Source of the DNA: a virus
Taxonomy: Duplodnaviria; Caudoviricetes
IMG/VR virus record: IMGVR_UViG_3300033121_001571
Direction: 5' to 3' (one strand)
DNA length: 64,000 nt
This document shows, in pieces, positions 25,857 to 39,600 of the stretch; within the stretch, counting starts at the first letter, position 1, and each line of letters begins with the position of its first letter. The notes beneath the pieces are model-generated. The model was not told the origin of the DNA. It ran no database searches and worked only from the letters and a program-made list of their open reading frames with translations. Both the position numbers and the translations under genes were made by a program.

Positions 25857-27382
25857 GTTTATGTGTCCACGTTTTGGAGGTTATCTACTATAATGTAGAG
25901 TTCTTTTTCTGTTTTTTCATAATTAAAACCTGCATCAAATGTCATCCACCATAAATTATCCATTGTTTCTTGAGAGAAAAAGCCAGGTATAGATCTGTAC
26001 AACGCGTATTTTCCGTTACATAACGTGACAAAAATAGAACCATACAGACTGGAAGTGGGATGAAATCCGACGTACCCTTTGTACGTCTGATCACCAACTG
26101 TCACAACAGTGACAGGAACACCATTTCTATACCAAAATGAGATCTTATCCACTTCAGCTTTTGTCTCTGTTCCTCACTAACACATCAACGATAAAAACAA
26201 CAGCAAAAGTTATAACGCCCCACAGTATGCCGCTGATGATTTCAGTCATTCTTTCTTGCTCTTTTCCTTCGAACGCTTCGAAAGCTCTTCTTTGACTCTC
26301 TCGTTGATCGTCTTTTCCACTCGCTTTCGAGCTCCTACACGCTCGGGATCCAGCGAGTCTCGAATCTGCATCAAGACCCCCGCGCTGAAGACAGCTGCTT
26401 CTTTTTTCTTGGGATCTTCTTCACACGTTGCTTCACGTGTAGTCAAAGACAAACAGTACGACAAAACTTTCTCAATGATATCTTTTTCATCGTTAGGCAT
26501 GAACACCATAGCACCATTCGGATTAAAACTGACAAAAAGCTTCTTCAGGATCGTAGGGTCAATTTTCATTTGAGATCTCCAGGTATTATTTCCAAGTACA
26601 CCAACAGTTCTTTAGCGTACTGGCACTCTTCTGCTTCAGTTGAAGTTTCATGTACGTCACACGTACATGCTGCAAAACCTGATTTATCGCTGTCAGAAAA
26701 GACGTACAGTTTGTACGTCCCGTCTTGTTTTCTTTGTAGACGAACTTTGTCTACTTTCAGTTTACCTGACACAGTTTAATCCACTCAGCAAACAGTTGCA
26801 CTTAAAACAAATCTTTCACATATGAAGCATCAAAGTTATGAATCATAGTGTAAAACTTACAATTTGAAAGCTCAAACAACAGTTGTTCTTTGTACGTAAG
26901 GTTAAAAGTGTCTCTCATATCATTGATTAGATCTGGCTTTATTTTGTTCAGCTCTTTGAACGAGATTGGTTTCTCATTTAAAAATGAGACAATGTTACCT
27001 GGTTTAACAAACAACGTTCGAGACGTTGCTATCTGTGCAACTTGATTCATCTCTGACACAGAGACGTAGATCAGATCATAACCATACGATTTCGCAATTT
27101 CATGATCAAATAAAGTTAAAAACCTGGGTTTGTTGACTATTGTTGCCAATTGTACCTAGACAATTTTGCAGTTTTCAAGTGACTCTAGCCAACTGCAATT
27201 TTTACTCCAAAGCATCAGACCTGAATCTGATTTGCAGTTGACTATTCCTATGTAAGAATAAAGTATGCTAGAGATCGCGTGTGCGTCTTGCAAACTGATC
27301 TCAGTAAAGATAAATGTGAATTCACGGTTTTTATGTATCGAAAAATATTCTGACCACGCACCGTTATTTGGTGGTGATATGA

Positions 27383-27943
27383 TTATTCTTCCGATGAGGC
27401 TTTGGAGTTTTTTATGATCGTACATGCTTCTTGCAAGTAATCATCGTATTTATAGTTGTCTAGAATACCTGCTTCAGCGTCCCAACACGCTGCTACAATC
27501 TTATTTTCAAACAAGAAAAAATATCTCTTTCTTGAGACAACGTTCCACAAACCAGCGTTTGAAAACGCTTCTGTGACATTTTCTTCTGAAAGAAAAAGAA
27601 ACGGTGTAATTTTACCGTTGCTGCGGTTATCTTTACCCATGATGTGCACATAATTAACACCATTGTACGTCTGGTTGTCAGATATAGTCTTGATCTTAGA
27701 TTCCATGATCAAAGGATCTCTCACCAACAATAGATCACCCGGCGACAAATCATTATCATCAAAGTAACTTGTGAATTTATCTCGTTTATAACGAGGATAT
27801 TCAGAGAATGTTAGCGTGTGAGGGTTGTTCACAACGCTATAAGCATTAGTGAATCGTGATCTTGTCTGATTCAGAGAGCCGTGCAAAACTTTGATATTTT
27901 TGCGAGATTTCTTGTTTGGAAGAGAACCACTCAAGATCTTCAT
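27383..27943 (-). CDS. Hypothetical protein
   Basis: 186-aa ORF with an 'LSPGDLLLV' segment. Confidence 0.5.
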   Translation of the reverse strand: MKILSGSLPNKKSRKNIKVLHGSLNQTRSRFTNAYSVVNNPHTLTFSEYPRYKRDKFTSYFDDNDLSPGDLLLVRDPLIMESKIKTISDNQTYNGVNYVHIMGKDNRSNGKITPFLFLSEENVTEAFSNAGLWNVVSRKRYFFLFENKIVAACWDAEAGILDNYKYDDYLQEACTIIKNSKASSEE

Positions 27944-28289
27944 GTTACACTCCCTCTAACATAGAGATACCACGCAAGAAAGCGTGTTACACAAGGACAA
28001 AAACATCTTTTTCACTATAATATGGGAGTGCTAAAACTCTAGCACAAAATCTGTTTTTATCTAGTTTCAGTGTTACAAGTTCAAACAAATAAGACGACGG
28101 TTCTTCAAACATATTGATCTTTAGAAGCAATTCTAGCGTATTTGATAGCAAATACAAATTATTTTCAGAAAATTGAAAAAATGTGAACATATTTCCAGGA
28201 CGAAGTGAAATACATTTCACTTTTTGCATTCTTTGCAAGCACATAGTTAATCATACCACAGAAAAAAAACTATTACACTGCCCTTACAC

Positions 28290-28841
28290 TTACTTTAGCG
28301 TCTGTAGCTCTTGCAATAGCATCAACTTAATAGCATCAACTTCTTCTCTCTCTTTTTGCCGTCGGAGTTCATTCTTTTCCATTATATCCATAGCTTCTAA
28401 TATCAAATCGGGATTTTGGTGCCAGTTGTCATCATCGTAAGAGATCTGCAAGAACGGTTCAGCGTCTTTGTCGTCTTTCGTACATGCTACATACTTTTCA
28501 AAATCAACTTCATTTTTAAACTCGATGTAAGATCTTTTTTTCCACTCAATCTTAAATCCAGAGTCATCTAACAGATAGTTGGAAACAAAAAACGTTAACC
28601 AACCAATAAATCCAACGTGTGACATTTTAAATCCGTTGAATTCACGCGTAAATTCCCACAACAACTGTTGATTGTTGATCCTCCAATCAAGAAACTTGAA
28701 TATGACTCTTGAAATATTCGTGTCAGCATTTTCTTCACACTGCTGTTTTAATCTAACGATCTGTCCTTCTAACTCGTTAACAGCATACGTTATCAAGAGA
28801 TCTATGTTTTTTTGTATCAGATCTGACTCAAGTTGGTTCAT
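28290..28841 (-). CDS. Hypothetical protein
   Basis: 183-aa ORF, translationally coupled to the upstream gene. Confidence 0.55.
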   Translation of the reverse strand: MNQLESDLIQKNIDLLITYAVNELEGQIVRLKQQCEENADTNISRVIFKFLDWRINNQQLLWEFTREFNGFKMSHVGFIGWLTFFVSNYLLDDSGFKIEWKKRSYIEFKNEVDFEKYVACTKDDKDAEPFLQISYDDDNWHQNPDLILEAMDIMEKNELRRQKEREEVDAIKLMLLQELQTLK

Positions 28842-29368
28842 TATTTCTCGTCAGTTGAGTTGAGTTTGTTTTCGACTGCTGGCAGAAGATCTTTGTTTCG
28901 TTCATCGTGAAAAGCGCCTTCAACATATGAAGCATCAACGTTTTTCCTGCGCTCAAGTTCTAGTTTTATCTTGTCATAAGATGAACTCTTCTGTAGGTTA
29001 TTCTCGTGCTTGTAAGCCATGACCATAAGATCTGGCGTAGAACAATTTGCAATCACTTTATCTATGCTCCAATTAGGGAATAGACTGTCAAGTTCTTCAC
29101 GTGACAATTTCGTAAGATCTTCCCGACCGTATTTTTTCATGTCAAGAATATCAGAATCTTCTGGGAATAAGTAGTTACCAATTCTGGCGTTCAACTTGAA
29201 CGTTGCAAACAACGCAACAAGACATTGCTCACACATTGAAAAACGATACACGTCACCGTCAATAAAATCTGCAGAACAATAACCACCCGACACTTCACAA
29301 TCAACTAACCCATATCCATCTTGGATGTGCCTACCACACTTGTTACAAAACTTGTCTGTTTCTTTCAT
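28841..29368 (-). CDS. Hypothetical protein with a CxxC...CxxC zinc-ribbon N-terminus
   Basis: CNKCG...GGY.S....DG..Y.FSMCEQCL. Confidence 0.55.
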   Translation of the reverse strand: MKETDKFCNKCGRHIQDGYGLVDCEVSGGYCSADFIDGDVYRFSMCEQCLVALFATFKLNARIGNYLFPEDSDILDMKKYGREDLTKLSREELDSLFPNWSIDKVIANCSTPDLMVMAYKHENNLQKSSSYDKIKLELERRKNVDASYVEGAFHDERNKDLLPAVENKLNSTDEK

Positions 29369-31342
29369 TTGCGTTTTTTCTGTTAGTATCCAACTAGGTT
29401 TTTGTCGTGTCTAAACTCTGTGATCACAGATGATAATAACTTAAAAAAAGAATGTTCAATGTGTAGATAACATCCGTCATACACACACACCCAAACTGGA
29501 TCATCGAAAGACGTAGTATCACGCTTGATATTCACTGTAGCAAGAAACAAAAACAACCCTCTGATCTTATTCACTGTTTTCCTCGATCTTTCGTTTGTTC
29601 AACTTAGTAAGAACACTCAAGACACACAGAATAATTTCTGAATTTAGTCTCAGTAACCATCACCCACCAGACAAAGAATATTCTTAAGTCACTCAGTGGG
29701 CTCTACAGAGGCTCTAAAAGAATAGAGGGCGTAGTACCAACTATGCTAGTTGGAAAAATTAGAGATTTAAGGGTTTGACTCAGATCTGTGTAAAAAGTTA
29801 TTCACCATCTGACGAGCTTCATCATTGATTTGTTTCTCTTCGTTGCTTTTGATCATGCGCTTAGCGTGTTCTAAAGCTTTACGATCATAAAATTCATGTA
29901 AGTTTGTTACCTCTTGCAACGCACGGTCAACAGACAAGTTTTCTACTTGACGATCATACCAATCTCCGTTGTGTCCTGATTCCATGTAAGACAGTAACTG
30001 TACCGTACTAGTCAAAAAGTTGATAATCAAATACGCATCGTCACGGTCTTTTGCTTTCCATGGAAAGGAAATACATCCGTTTATGTCAGGTGAAGGCATG
30101 TGTTCTCCACAAAACCTTTTTAGTAAAAGTACCGACGATACAAGTGAAAACACTTTTGCTAATTTTTCATTTGTCATGTTTGAACCTTTGTTAAGAAAGA
30201 AATGTTACTGTATTTTCTGTCCTAGAGCCCACCATGTGACAGTTTAACACACTTGACTTTGCATAACGAGAATAAGGTTTTACGTTTAATGATATCATCA
30301 CAAACTTATCTTTTCTGTCACCTTGATCAATACACCACAGTATGTCCAATACAAAGATTGGAATTTTACTAGTAGTGTCTGCGTATACATACGGTTCTTG
30401 TCTTCTGTTTAAGACAACACCATAATAGTCATCTTGATCAACAGTTACAGTGACAAGTTTACCAATAACGTTCATGTGCACTGCCTTATTGTGTTATACT
30501 TTGTATATTTTTTGTTGATCCAACAACAAAAATTGTCTTCAATGACAAAGATCTTTATCACGTCTCTTGCTGTTCTTAGCACAAGAGCAATCTTGCTATT
30601 TGGAAACATATATGCTTTTGAAAATCTGTTTGAACTCGATACTCGCGCCGCGTCTTCTCTATTTTTGAAATATGTAACAAAACCTTCGGGTGAATTCACC
30701 CTGATCAAGTTTCCTTTCTTGATTTTTTTAGCGAATTTCACAAATCTTAAAGTTCTTTGAAAGTTTCTTCACCAACAACAACCCAGCCAACAAGATTTTT
30801 ATTGACTGAAACAATCAACGCTGATTTTGTCACTATGTGTTCGTTAACAGCTAACAAAAGAACAATATCACCTTCATAAGAAATAGTTGGTGTTATACTA
30901 GACGAATATCTCTCGTTTGTATGCGCAGTGATCACATCTTGTGGTTGTATCATAAAATCAGTGATCGCTCGATAAAGTTTTCCACGAGTGAGTTTTACTT
31001 CATTACTCAAGTTTACCCTTGTGGTTTGTTGGATTGTGTGCTACAATCGTGTTAAACTTGACTCCGGGTGTAGTTGACAGGTGTGTTCCAAGCTGACAGG
31101 ATTTTCCCTTGTTAAACCCACTGTTGTTTTTCCAGAACTTAGCATATTGTTCTCTTTCTGCTTGAGAAGAAAATTGCAAAACAGTCACTTGTGACTGTTT
31201 GCCATCAGCAGCAGATGCTCCAAAATACTTTACAGTGTTTTCTTCTGCGCACAAGTGACACTCAGTGATTCTACCGCCTGCTCTGATCTTTTCAGTTGAA
31301 TACAGATCAAATTCACAATCACACTTCTCACAGATTCTGATT

Positions 31343-31750
31343 CTAGAAGAACGTGTTGTCATCTGCAACTTTCTTGTTTCTGAACCAAGCACTTGCAACA
31401 TAGTTGTATGCCCAGTAAGAAACGCTGGGATTCGTGATCTCTGACCAATTTACCCACTTCACCACAGCATTTGATCCAGGCTCCTGACGAAGTTCTCCTG
31501 AAAATTCTTTTGCAGTGAAGCAGCCAACTTCTCTTAGTTTAGATCCTGCCGGACCTACGTAGATTGGCTGCTCCTCAAGAACAACAGTCAGACCAGTCTC
31601 TTCAAAGACTTCACGTGTTGCTGCATCAATTGGAGTTTCACCCTCGTCGATCTTACCGCCAGGAAGTCCTAGATCACTAGGATCATCTTTCCTAGAGACA
31701 GCCAAAACTTGACCAGATGGGTTAGTGATGATTGTTACGACGGCGTACAT
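31343..31750 (-). CDS. Nudix hydrolase
   Basis: Nudix box PGGKIDEGETPIDAATREVFEETGL. Confidence 0.93.
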   Translation of the reverse strand: MYAVVTIITNPSGQVLAVSRKDDPSDLGLPGGKIDEGETPIDAATREVFEETGLTVVLEEQPIYVGPAGSKLREVGCFTAKEFSGELRQEPGSNAVVKWVNWSEITNPSVSYWAYNYVASAWFRNKKVADDNTFF

Positions 31751-32076
31751 TTGTTTTTCCTCGAGTAAAAGATTCTCTCTGCGGAGATCATTCCCAAGAC
31801 CATGTTTTTCCGACCAACGGGATTAGCAGAGTGAATTTCCCACGCTGGGCAATCAATCTTACCTTCAAAGACAAGTTTCTCAATAAAACGAACAACAGTG
31901 TAACCATTTCCAAGCACGTTTTCACCCAAATCATGGTCTAGCGAGATAGCAGTCACTTTACCTTGTTTGATAAGACGGCACGCCTGCATTGCAGTCGAAC
32001 ACCCGCTCCAGCCAATTGGAGCGTGACGACCCGGCGCAGAAGCGTCATTAACTTGATCATCTAACCAAAGTTTCAT
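31735..32076 (-). CDS. Cyclic-phosphate-processing receiver-like domain protein
   Basis: KLWLDD, ISLDHDLG, GY.V and IHSANPVG motifs. Confidence 0.8.
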   Translation of the reverse strand: MKLWLDDQVNDASAPGRHAPIGWSGCSTAMQACRLIKQGKVTAISLDHDLGENVLGNGYTVVRFIEKLVFEGKIDCPAWEIHSANPVGRKNMVLGMISAERIFYSRKNKCTPS

Positions 32077-35000
32077 CTTTGAACTCCCAATTCAATCTTA
32101 CAACACAGTGCAAAGTATTGCACTGTCAACACGAGCAGATCAAGTGTATTTTTTCACAAATACTAACTCTTTAGAAGAGATTCTATAGATGATTTTTGTT
32201 TCGAAGTTGAAATATCTTGCAAAGTGTTCATTCAGTGACAACAACATACAATTTGGTCTTGTGCTAAAGATGTGTGATATCAGATCACCTTTTGAAAATC
32301 GTTTTTTTATTTCCATTTCCGCTAAGAACAATCGTCGTTAGTTCTAAATTTGATAGATCAAAATAACTCAAATGGTAGTGAGGTTCACTGCTAAAGAATA
32401 TTTTTTCGCAGCTTTCTTCACACATATCACAATAAACAACTAAACAACGAACTTCATTTGGTAGGAATAAAATGTCACCAACTTTAGTTGTGTGAATATC
32501 AAAGTTTTTCATTAACGTTTTCAGGGTTATCTTCTTGAATTCGAGCAGCTCGAGTTCTAGACATAGTGAAATAACGTTTCTTGTTTTTCAACACTTTTCT
32601 CAAGTCTTCATACGGTTGACAAACAAAACATTCGATTTCGCACTTTTCACAGTATTGTACGTAGCTGTGCTCTTTACAAAAGACAACAGTGTCGCCGTGC
32701 ACTGGGCAAGTTTTAAGTTTTGTGTTTTTTTGACACTTTAACTTCATTGATTTTTAAGTCAAAGACTCAATTGTTCTAACAAATTTTCTCTCTAAACATA
32801 TATCATTGCCCACAAATTTTTCTCCCCAAGTGCGCGTGTCAATATCATAAGGACGCACTTTGAGGTTAACGTGTGGAATAACTAGTACTCTAACTGCATC
32901 TCTGGTGGAGAAACAATTTTTGTACTCTAGAAAAAGAAAAACCATGTTTTCAAGGTCATACTCGCCTTTGATCAAATCATCATCAGGGACATCTCTTGGA
33001 AATGGATTTTCTTTACCACCACAGAGAATCTCTGGAAATTCGATATCAATATCTTCTTCTTTGGGTCTATAATTTTTAGTTAGAGGCAATTGACTGTTGT
33101 AACAAGTCACCATCTTCATAAGAGTGCCTGGGATTAAGATCTCATTAGTTAATTTACTTTCACACTTCAAACAGTGACAACAACAGTGAACTGCACCCTC
33201 AATTTTTACTGTTTTGTGTAATTTGTAGTTGTTTTCGATCATCTCACAGATACTATCATAAAAATCTATTTGATTTTGGAACTTACTCATCTGGAGCTCC
33301 TGTGAACAGGTGATCGTCTATGACAAACGAGTATCAAGCTAATATTACTGTCTGTGTAGAAGTCTTACACTCTAAGCACTCTATGTTAGTATCTTTTTGA
33401 ACCCCCTGTCAAAGCACCCAAAGTACTTTGGTTTAATCATGTCATTGTTTAGTGGTCCAAATACCATACAAATATGACCAACTCTTCTAGCTTTAACGTA
33501 CTTGATAAAAACGTAGATGTCACTGTTTCCGCGAAAACATAGTTCGCCAGAAGAAAGAAAACAGTTATTCTTGTTCATAATCAACTCCTCTATAGAAGAA
33601 CGCACAGTATCTAGTTATCACTGTTGGTTTTGATTGGTTACAATCAGAAAACATAGTCACTTTAGATTGTAAGACACTTATGGGTCCGTATATTTGTAAA
33701 TCTTCTTTAACGTCATCAACATTTAAAACAAAGAAAACTTCTTTTGTGTAAAAATTAACAACAACATCTCCACGATTAAACTCGTGTTTCATCAACCTTT
33801 AATTTTCTTAACTTTAATGTGTAATAAGTTTTTATTTTCGCTGTGGGTGTTTCAGAAGACGACCACGATAATGGTCCAAAAACTCTAGAATTTTTAAAGA
33901 CTGTGTTACTTGTGTTTATTGAAAGAACAATATACACGTTGTCTTTTTCGGGCTCCTTTACGGTAGAAATTATACCCGATTTATCACGACGGTATATAGA
34001 AATTGGCTTAACTAGGCTGCCAATGAGTGGCAAATCTTGTAGAAGTTCATTTTGACACTTTAGACAAATACAATAATATGTTTCACCACCTTCAACGATT
34101 GGTTCATGCATCTAGTTTAGAAATTTCTCTCGTGCGCCACATTTCTACACGACATATGTTTATTTTGCGAAAATTGTTGTTTAATGGTCCATATGCTAAA
34201 CACCATCCCTTTTCTACGCCTTCTAACTCGTTAAACACGACAGTGTTGCTTAACACCATGTACATTAATCCATCGCTGCTAGACGGGATCAAAAGTGGTT
34301 CGTGAGAACCGTAAGACCGTGATAATGGAGAATAAAAAGAAATACACTGGATAAGTGTACCTGGAATGTATTTCTTGCTATTTGCTACACTGTAACAAAT
34401 AGAACACATACAATAAAAAGTACTACAATAAAAAGATTTATCATTTGCTGTGATTACTTTGTTACAGCAACTTGCAGTGACCGTCATTACACAACACCAA
34501 TTTTTTTGAGTTGGTTGACGTGAAGTTTAACTAAGTGCATTTTATGCCCATCACCAAGGGGTCCATAAATAGACGCTATGTTGCGAGAGTTGATTTCTAT
34601 TATTATTCCAAGTTTTCCAAGTTGAAAATTAGAACAATCTTTGTAGTATAAGACATCATAATATGCTGTAGTGACTAAGTCACCGATTGCTATGCACTTT
34701 TTCACTTTGAATCTTTTATGACTCTTGCAACGTTGTCACTATTTAAGCTCTCTAAGTGTCCAAGAGAAACAAAACGATGCTTGTTGACAGTATTTTTGAC
34801 ACACACTAAAATATAAATTTCTGCGTACTCATCGTCAGGTTCTGAACTAGGTGATAAAAAAATACACAACTTAGAAAGACCGACGAAGTTACGAAGCTTC
34901 GGCGTGAAGACAACCAGTTGACCTGGTTTATATCGACTTTTCACTTTAACTTAGAAGAAACTTCTTTTAACTTCAAGACTTTGTCTCTCATCTCATCCAA

Positions 35001-36602
35001 GAGATCTAGGACAATCTGAAGACGGTTATCGCTCAGATCCTTAATTGAGTTAATTAACTCAATAAGTCTTCTTAGATCTGACGGAAGCGAATCTAATCTG
35101 ACATATCTTTCAACCTTGTCTTTTCCTCCCGGCGTCTCTGGGGGTGTGATGAACAAAATTCTATTGGGAAGTTCTGCATCGTTCATATACTCATCAACAG
35201 TCATAATAGTCGTAAGTCTAGATATTTTGTTTTCTGTGATTGGTTTGACACCTTCAAGAATTTTGCTTACATCAATACTCATTATTTTTTCCTTGTGTAA
35301 TCATTTAAGTGTGTTTGCAACATCTTGTTTAGCGTCTCGCACTCTTTTATGCAGTCTTCAACAGTTCCTTCAAATATTTCATATGTTTCAAATCCTGGCG
35401 CATCAAGCACGACGAGAGCACACGGTGATTCATCATCAGCTACGCTAGTCTTCATATCATGAGGACATACTTTAAAGGGCCTAAAAAGCTTTTTGGGTTC
35501 ATATAGACGAAGTTCTCCTAGTTCAGGTAACTTACCAAAACCGATCCAATCACCGATCATCATGACTCTATAACCGCTAGCTTCGTTAGCGAAATTTTGA
35601 GCTTCACCCTCAAGTTCAAGCGGAAAAACGCCTTTAGGAATTGAACGACCACTTGGGGTGTGAGAAAAAACAAAAATGTACTTCTTCGATTTAAACATGT
35701 GGGTATCCTTTCTGTTCCCAAGTGTTAAATTGTTTCAAAGCTTTTTTGTAAAGCGGAAAGATAACGTCTATCTGTTTTACTAATCTTGAATGGCTTTTGG
35801 AGCTTTTTCCTGCGTTTCTGATTGTGCAAAGATCTCTGTGGAGAAAACTTAAACCAACGGTGATCTCTGAGATACCGTACTTAGCTCTGTTACTAAGTTT
35901 AGCATGAGTCTCTGAAGTCAGACGTTCTTCAGGAAGATGTTTCATTGCTTTTTGGAACTCCGTTGGATCGATTCCAACTGAAGGAAGTTTATCACACAGA
36001 TCAGTCAAATAATCTTTCCAAGTCTTCTTCACTTTCCCACCAAACCTTTCAACCAAGTTTCGTTGTCATCTGGAACAAAATTTTGTTCGGAGTCCCAAAT
36101 AACTGTAAAATTCTCTGATTCAATCATTTCAAATAGATCTGTCTCACTCCAGTCTTCACTTACCCAACCCTTGCTAGGATCATGGTGATCAAGTTTGTAG
36201 TTATCACCGTAAAACTGTGGAACATTGGTGATGATGTGTAGAGTGTTGCCCACTCCAGTGAAAACAGTGTTGTGTGAGAAAGTGTGCTCTGGTTTGTCGT
36301 TCAGATTAACGAGTTCTGATGCAATCTTTTCACCCTTGAGAAGATTCAACATGATCTTGTCAGCACCAACTGAATCATAACGAGTTGCACTTTCAACATC
36401 ACTCACCCAACCTTGGCCAGATTCACTGTAGAACATGGGTGAATCATAGTAGTGATCTGAATTAACAATGTTGGAGTGAAAACGAACCACAAATTGGTAA
36501 GATGAATCTTTTGGAGAGTTTTTTTTACTATTTTTCTTAGTTTTCATGTTTTTCTAAATGTGATTTATCTTGTAACAGAGATGAAGATAGTGTGCATGCA
36601 TT

Positions 36603-36676
36603 GTTCTAACTGTGTTAGAATTTACTGCTAACACTACACGTTCTAACTGTGTTAGAATTTACTGCTAACACTACAC
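36603..36676. repeat. Perfect 37-bp tandem duplication
   Basis: GTTCTAACTGTGTTAGAATTTACTGCTAACACTACAC x2. Confidence 0.95.
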
Positions 36677-39600
36677 AAGTTTCACTTTTAGTATCAACAC
36701 GTACTACTAGCACAAATTCTACAACGATCTTATCTGTTATGACATCATAACTTGTGATCTCCACAAGATTACCGACTTTGAGTTTGCTGATATCACTTCT
36801 TAATTTCATGTCTAACAGACAACTCATTAGACAATTCATCAAGCTTGACAAGATATTCTACAGCGACAGGGTAAACTCTTTTGGAGAATATTCCTAAAAC
36901 TGTGTAGTATAGCACACCAAATTCACTTACACACATATCACTTAAGACTAACTCTAAACGAAGTCCAATAGTTTCATCATCAATATATTCACTCTCTGAC
37001 GGTCTAACCCAAGCAACTAAATCACCTATTCTAAACTTAGACAACTCGAATACGCCTTTCCTTGATAAGATCTAAGCCAAAAGAACGATCTAAGGTTGTG
37101 ACTTCATGATTTGTCAAGTTTAAAAGCAATATCGTATCAGTTGTTCTCAAGACGAGATAATATGAAAATTCGTCCAAGAATGTATGATCCAAGAAAATAA
37201 AGTGCCAGGGTTTAGCTGTGTGTTCACAAAACACCTCTTTGTTTCATGTCATCTAACGGTGTAAGTTCATAATGTGTGATGATAACTTTTCCTTTCATAG
37301 TCAACACAACGTTGTAAAGAGTGTACGCAGGATTAATTCTTAAGTGCAAAAACATAACAAGACATTCAAAAAAATATTTTTGCTTTGCTTCTTTGTTAGG
37401 AATTCTTGAAAAATAAGCGTAATTAAAGTTATAGAGAAACAACTCTCCACGTTTAGATAGTCTCATTGTTGAGAGTACTTCATCTTCAATCGTTAAGATC
37501 ACGATCTAGTTCAGTTAGTTTATACAAGTAATCATATTTGAACTGTGTAACACCATTTCTGGTATACCGTCTCGTTTTGAAATTCTCTTTCAGGCCCTTA
37601 CTGAGGGGTAGCACGTACGGGTACCATCCGCTAAAACCAAGTTTCACAATAATTCCTATATGATTTTTGAGAAAATCTTTTGTAAACGGGGGAGATACAT
37701 CAGAAATAACAACAAGATCACCAGGTTTAAAGGATTTAGGCGTTTTCTTCATCTGGCAAGAAGCTCATTAGGTCTGTAGAGACTGAACGCAGTGTAAATT
37801 TGACAACTTTCGATGTCAAACACAACATTTATATCTCCTTTCTTGTAAAGAAACAAACAGAAAAAACGTATATCAAAAGAATAACGTAACAGCTCTCCAG
37901 GTACAAAGTTAAAATTTCTCATAAACGATAAACATCTAAAGTATCGGAAACAATCCAAAAGTTATATCGATAATTACACAACTGTCAATAACTAACACAT
38001 CGTAACATAGGACTCTATGTTCTATTCTAGACTCTGCCAGTTCTCTGCTCGGAAGTATTATTTTTAATATCATGCAAACATGTCCCCAAGCATACACTAG
38101 ATCACCAACATTAAATTTCTGATTTTTCATGCTTACTCAAGGTGCTTAAGATAAGCAGAGTTTATGGGATAAGCGATTAAGTAATTTGTATCAAAAACGT
38201 AGTATGTGTTAACACAACTATCTTTTCTCAAGACAAGAACTATACGTTCTTCCCAACCTCGAGACACCATTAGACTTCCAACGTAGATTGTTTTTTGCAC
38301 TTGTGTTTAAAACTAAAAAATCTCGATTAGATTATTGTTTTCAGAAGAGATCCAATACACATTGTTAGCCTAAACGATTCGAAATCTTTTATCTGAAGAA
38401 CATCGTATATGTCAAGATTTTTAGCAATTTTATCCTCTCCTAAGACAACATACAAGTACTTCTTTGGATAAGAACAATCATAAGGTATCACTAAATCTCC
38501 AGTATTAAATTTTTTCATTTCCATTCTGAATATCTCAGCGTTGACGCTTCAATGCACTTGTCACGCTGGACTTTATGTTCTTATTTTACTATGGTTGTAA
38601 CAATAGTAGATTTCTGTTCAGTGACAAAACGACGAGCTTCTAACAATAATTGTTCAGTAATCAGATTAGTTGCATGTATTTCATTTAGAAACTCAATATC
38701 TTCAAACTCAAATTCGCCCAAAAAAATTTCTGCTAACTTCCACTCAACAGATTCATTGTTGTATTTGACGCACAATAAATCTGTTCCTCGAATTTCAAAC
38801 TTTATTCCCATTTTATTCTGATTCAATCCTGATTGAAATGATCATTTCACCGTCATCTAACACAACCGCTCGCAGCTGATCATCATACGGCAAACAATCA
38901 AATTCACGGACAAAACGAGCTCCAGAATTTTGTTCGTGCAAACTTGCTCGCCGTTTATTGATTCTTTTCCAATTTGAAATATTCAAGGAAGGTTTCTCGT
39001 CTTCTGGCGGAAAGAATTGACTTGCGACACAACCTGGATTTTTCTGAATAAATTTCACTATTTCTTCTTTGCACAACTCAGTTGTGATTTTTTTCATGTT
39101 CTCATTTTACCATTCAACAGCACATCTTGCACTCAGCAACAACGGCACTCGTTGCTCCCAGATTTCCCTCAGAATAATCTTCTTGACTTTTATTGAGTCA
39201 CCCCAACACAAACATGATGAATTTTCTAAACCAGCTTAGAACCTCACTGTCAGAAGTCACTCTAAGAAATGAAGCGTCCCACTCGCTGCTGCGCCATCTC
39301 CAAAATCGATCGCTTCAGATTCACTGATAGTGACTCCGTACTCTCTTTGTATCAGCTCTCGAATCTTGTGGATGTCACCGTTGTCATAGTACGTGCTAGA
39401 CACGTCATTTCTAATCTGAAATGCTTTTGACACAAGTTTTTGATCAATCTTCACAAGAGCTCCTTTTTAATGATGAAGTGTTATTTCGTAGGATATGTTC
39501 AATTTTTTCATGAACACATAACTTATTATAACAACTTTATTTCGATCAAGATCAAAAACGCAACAGGAGTCCCACTGACACTCTGACAAGACTAAAACTA

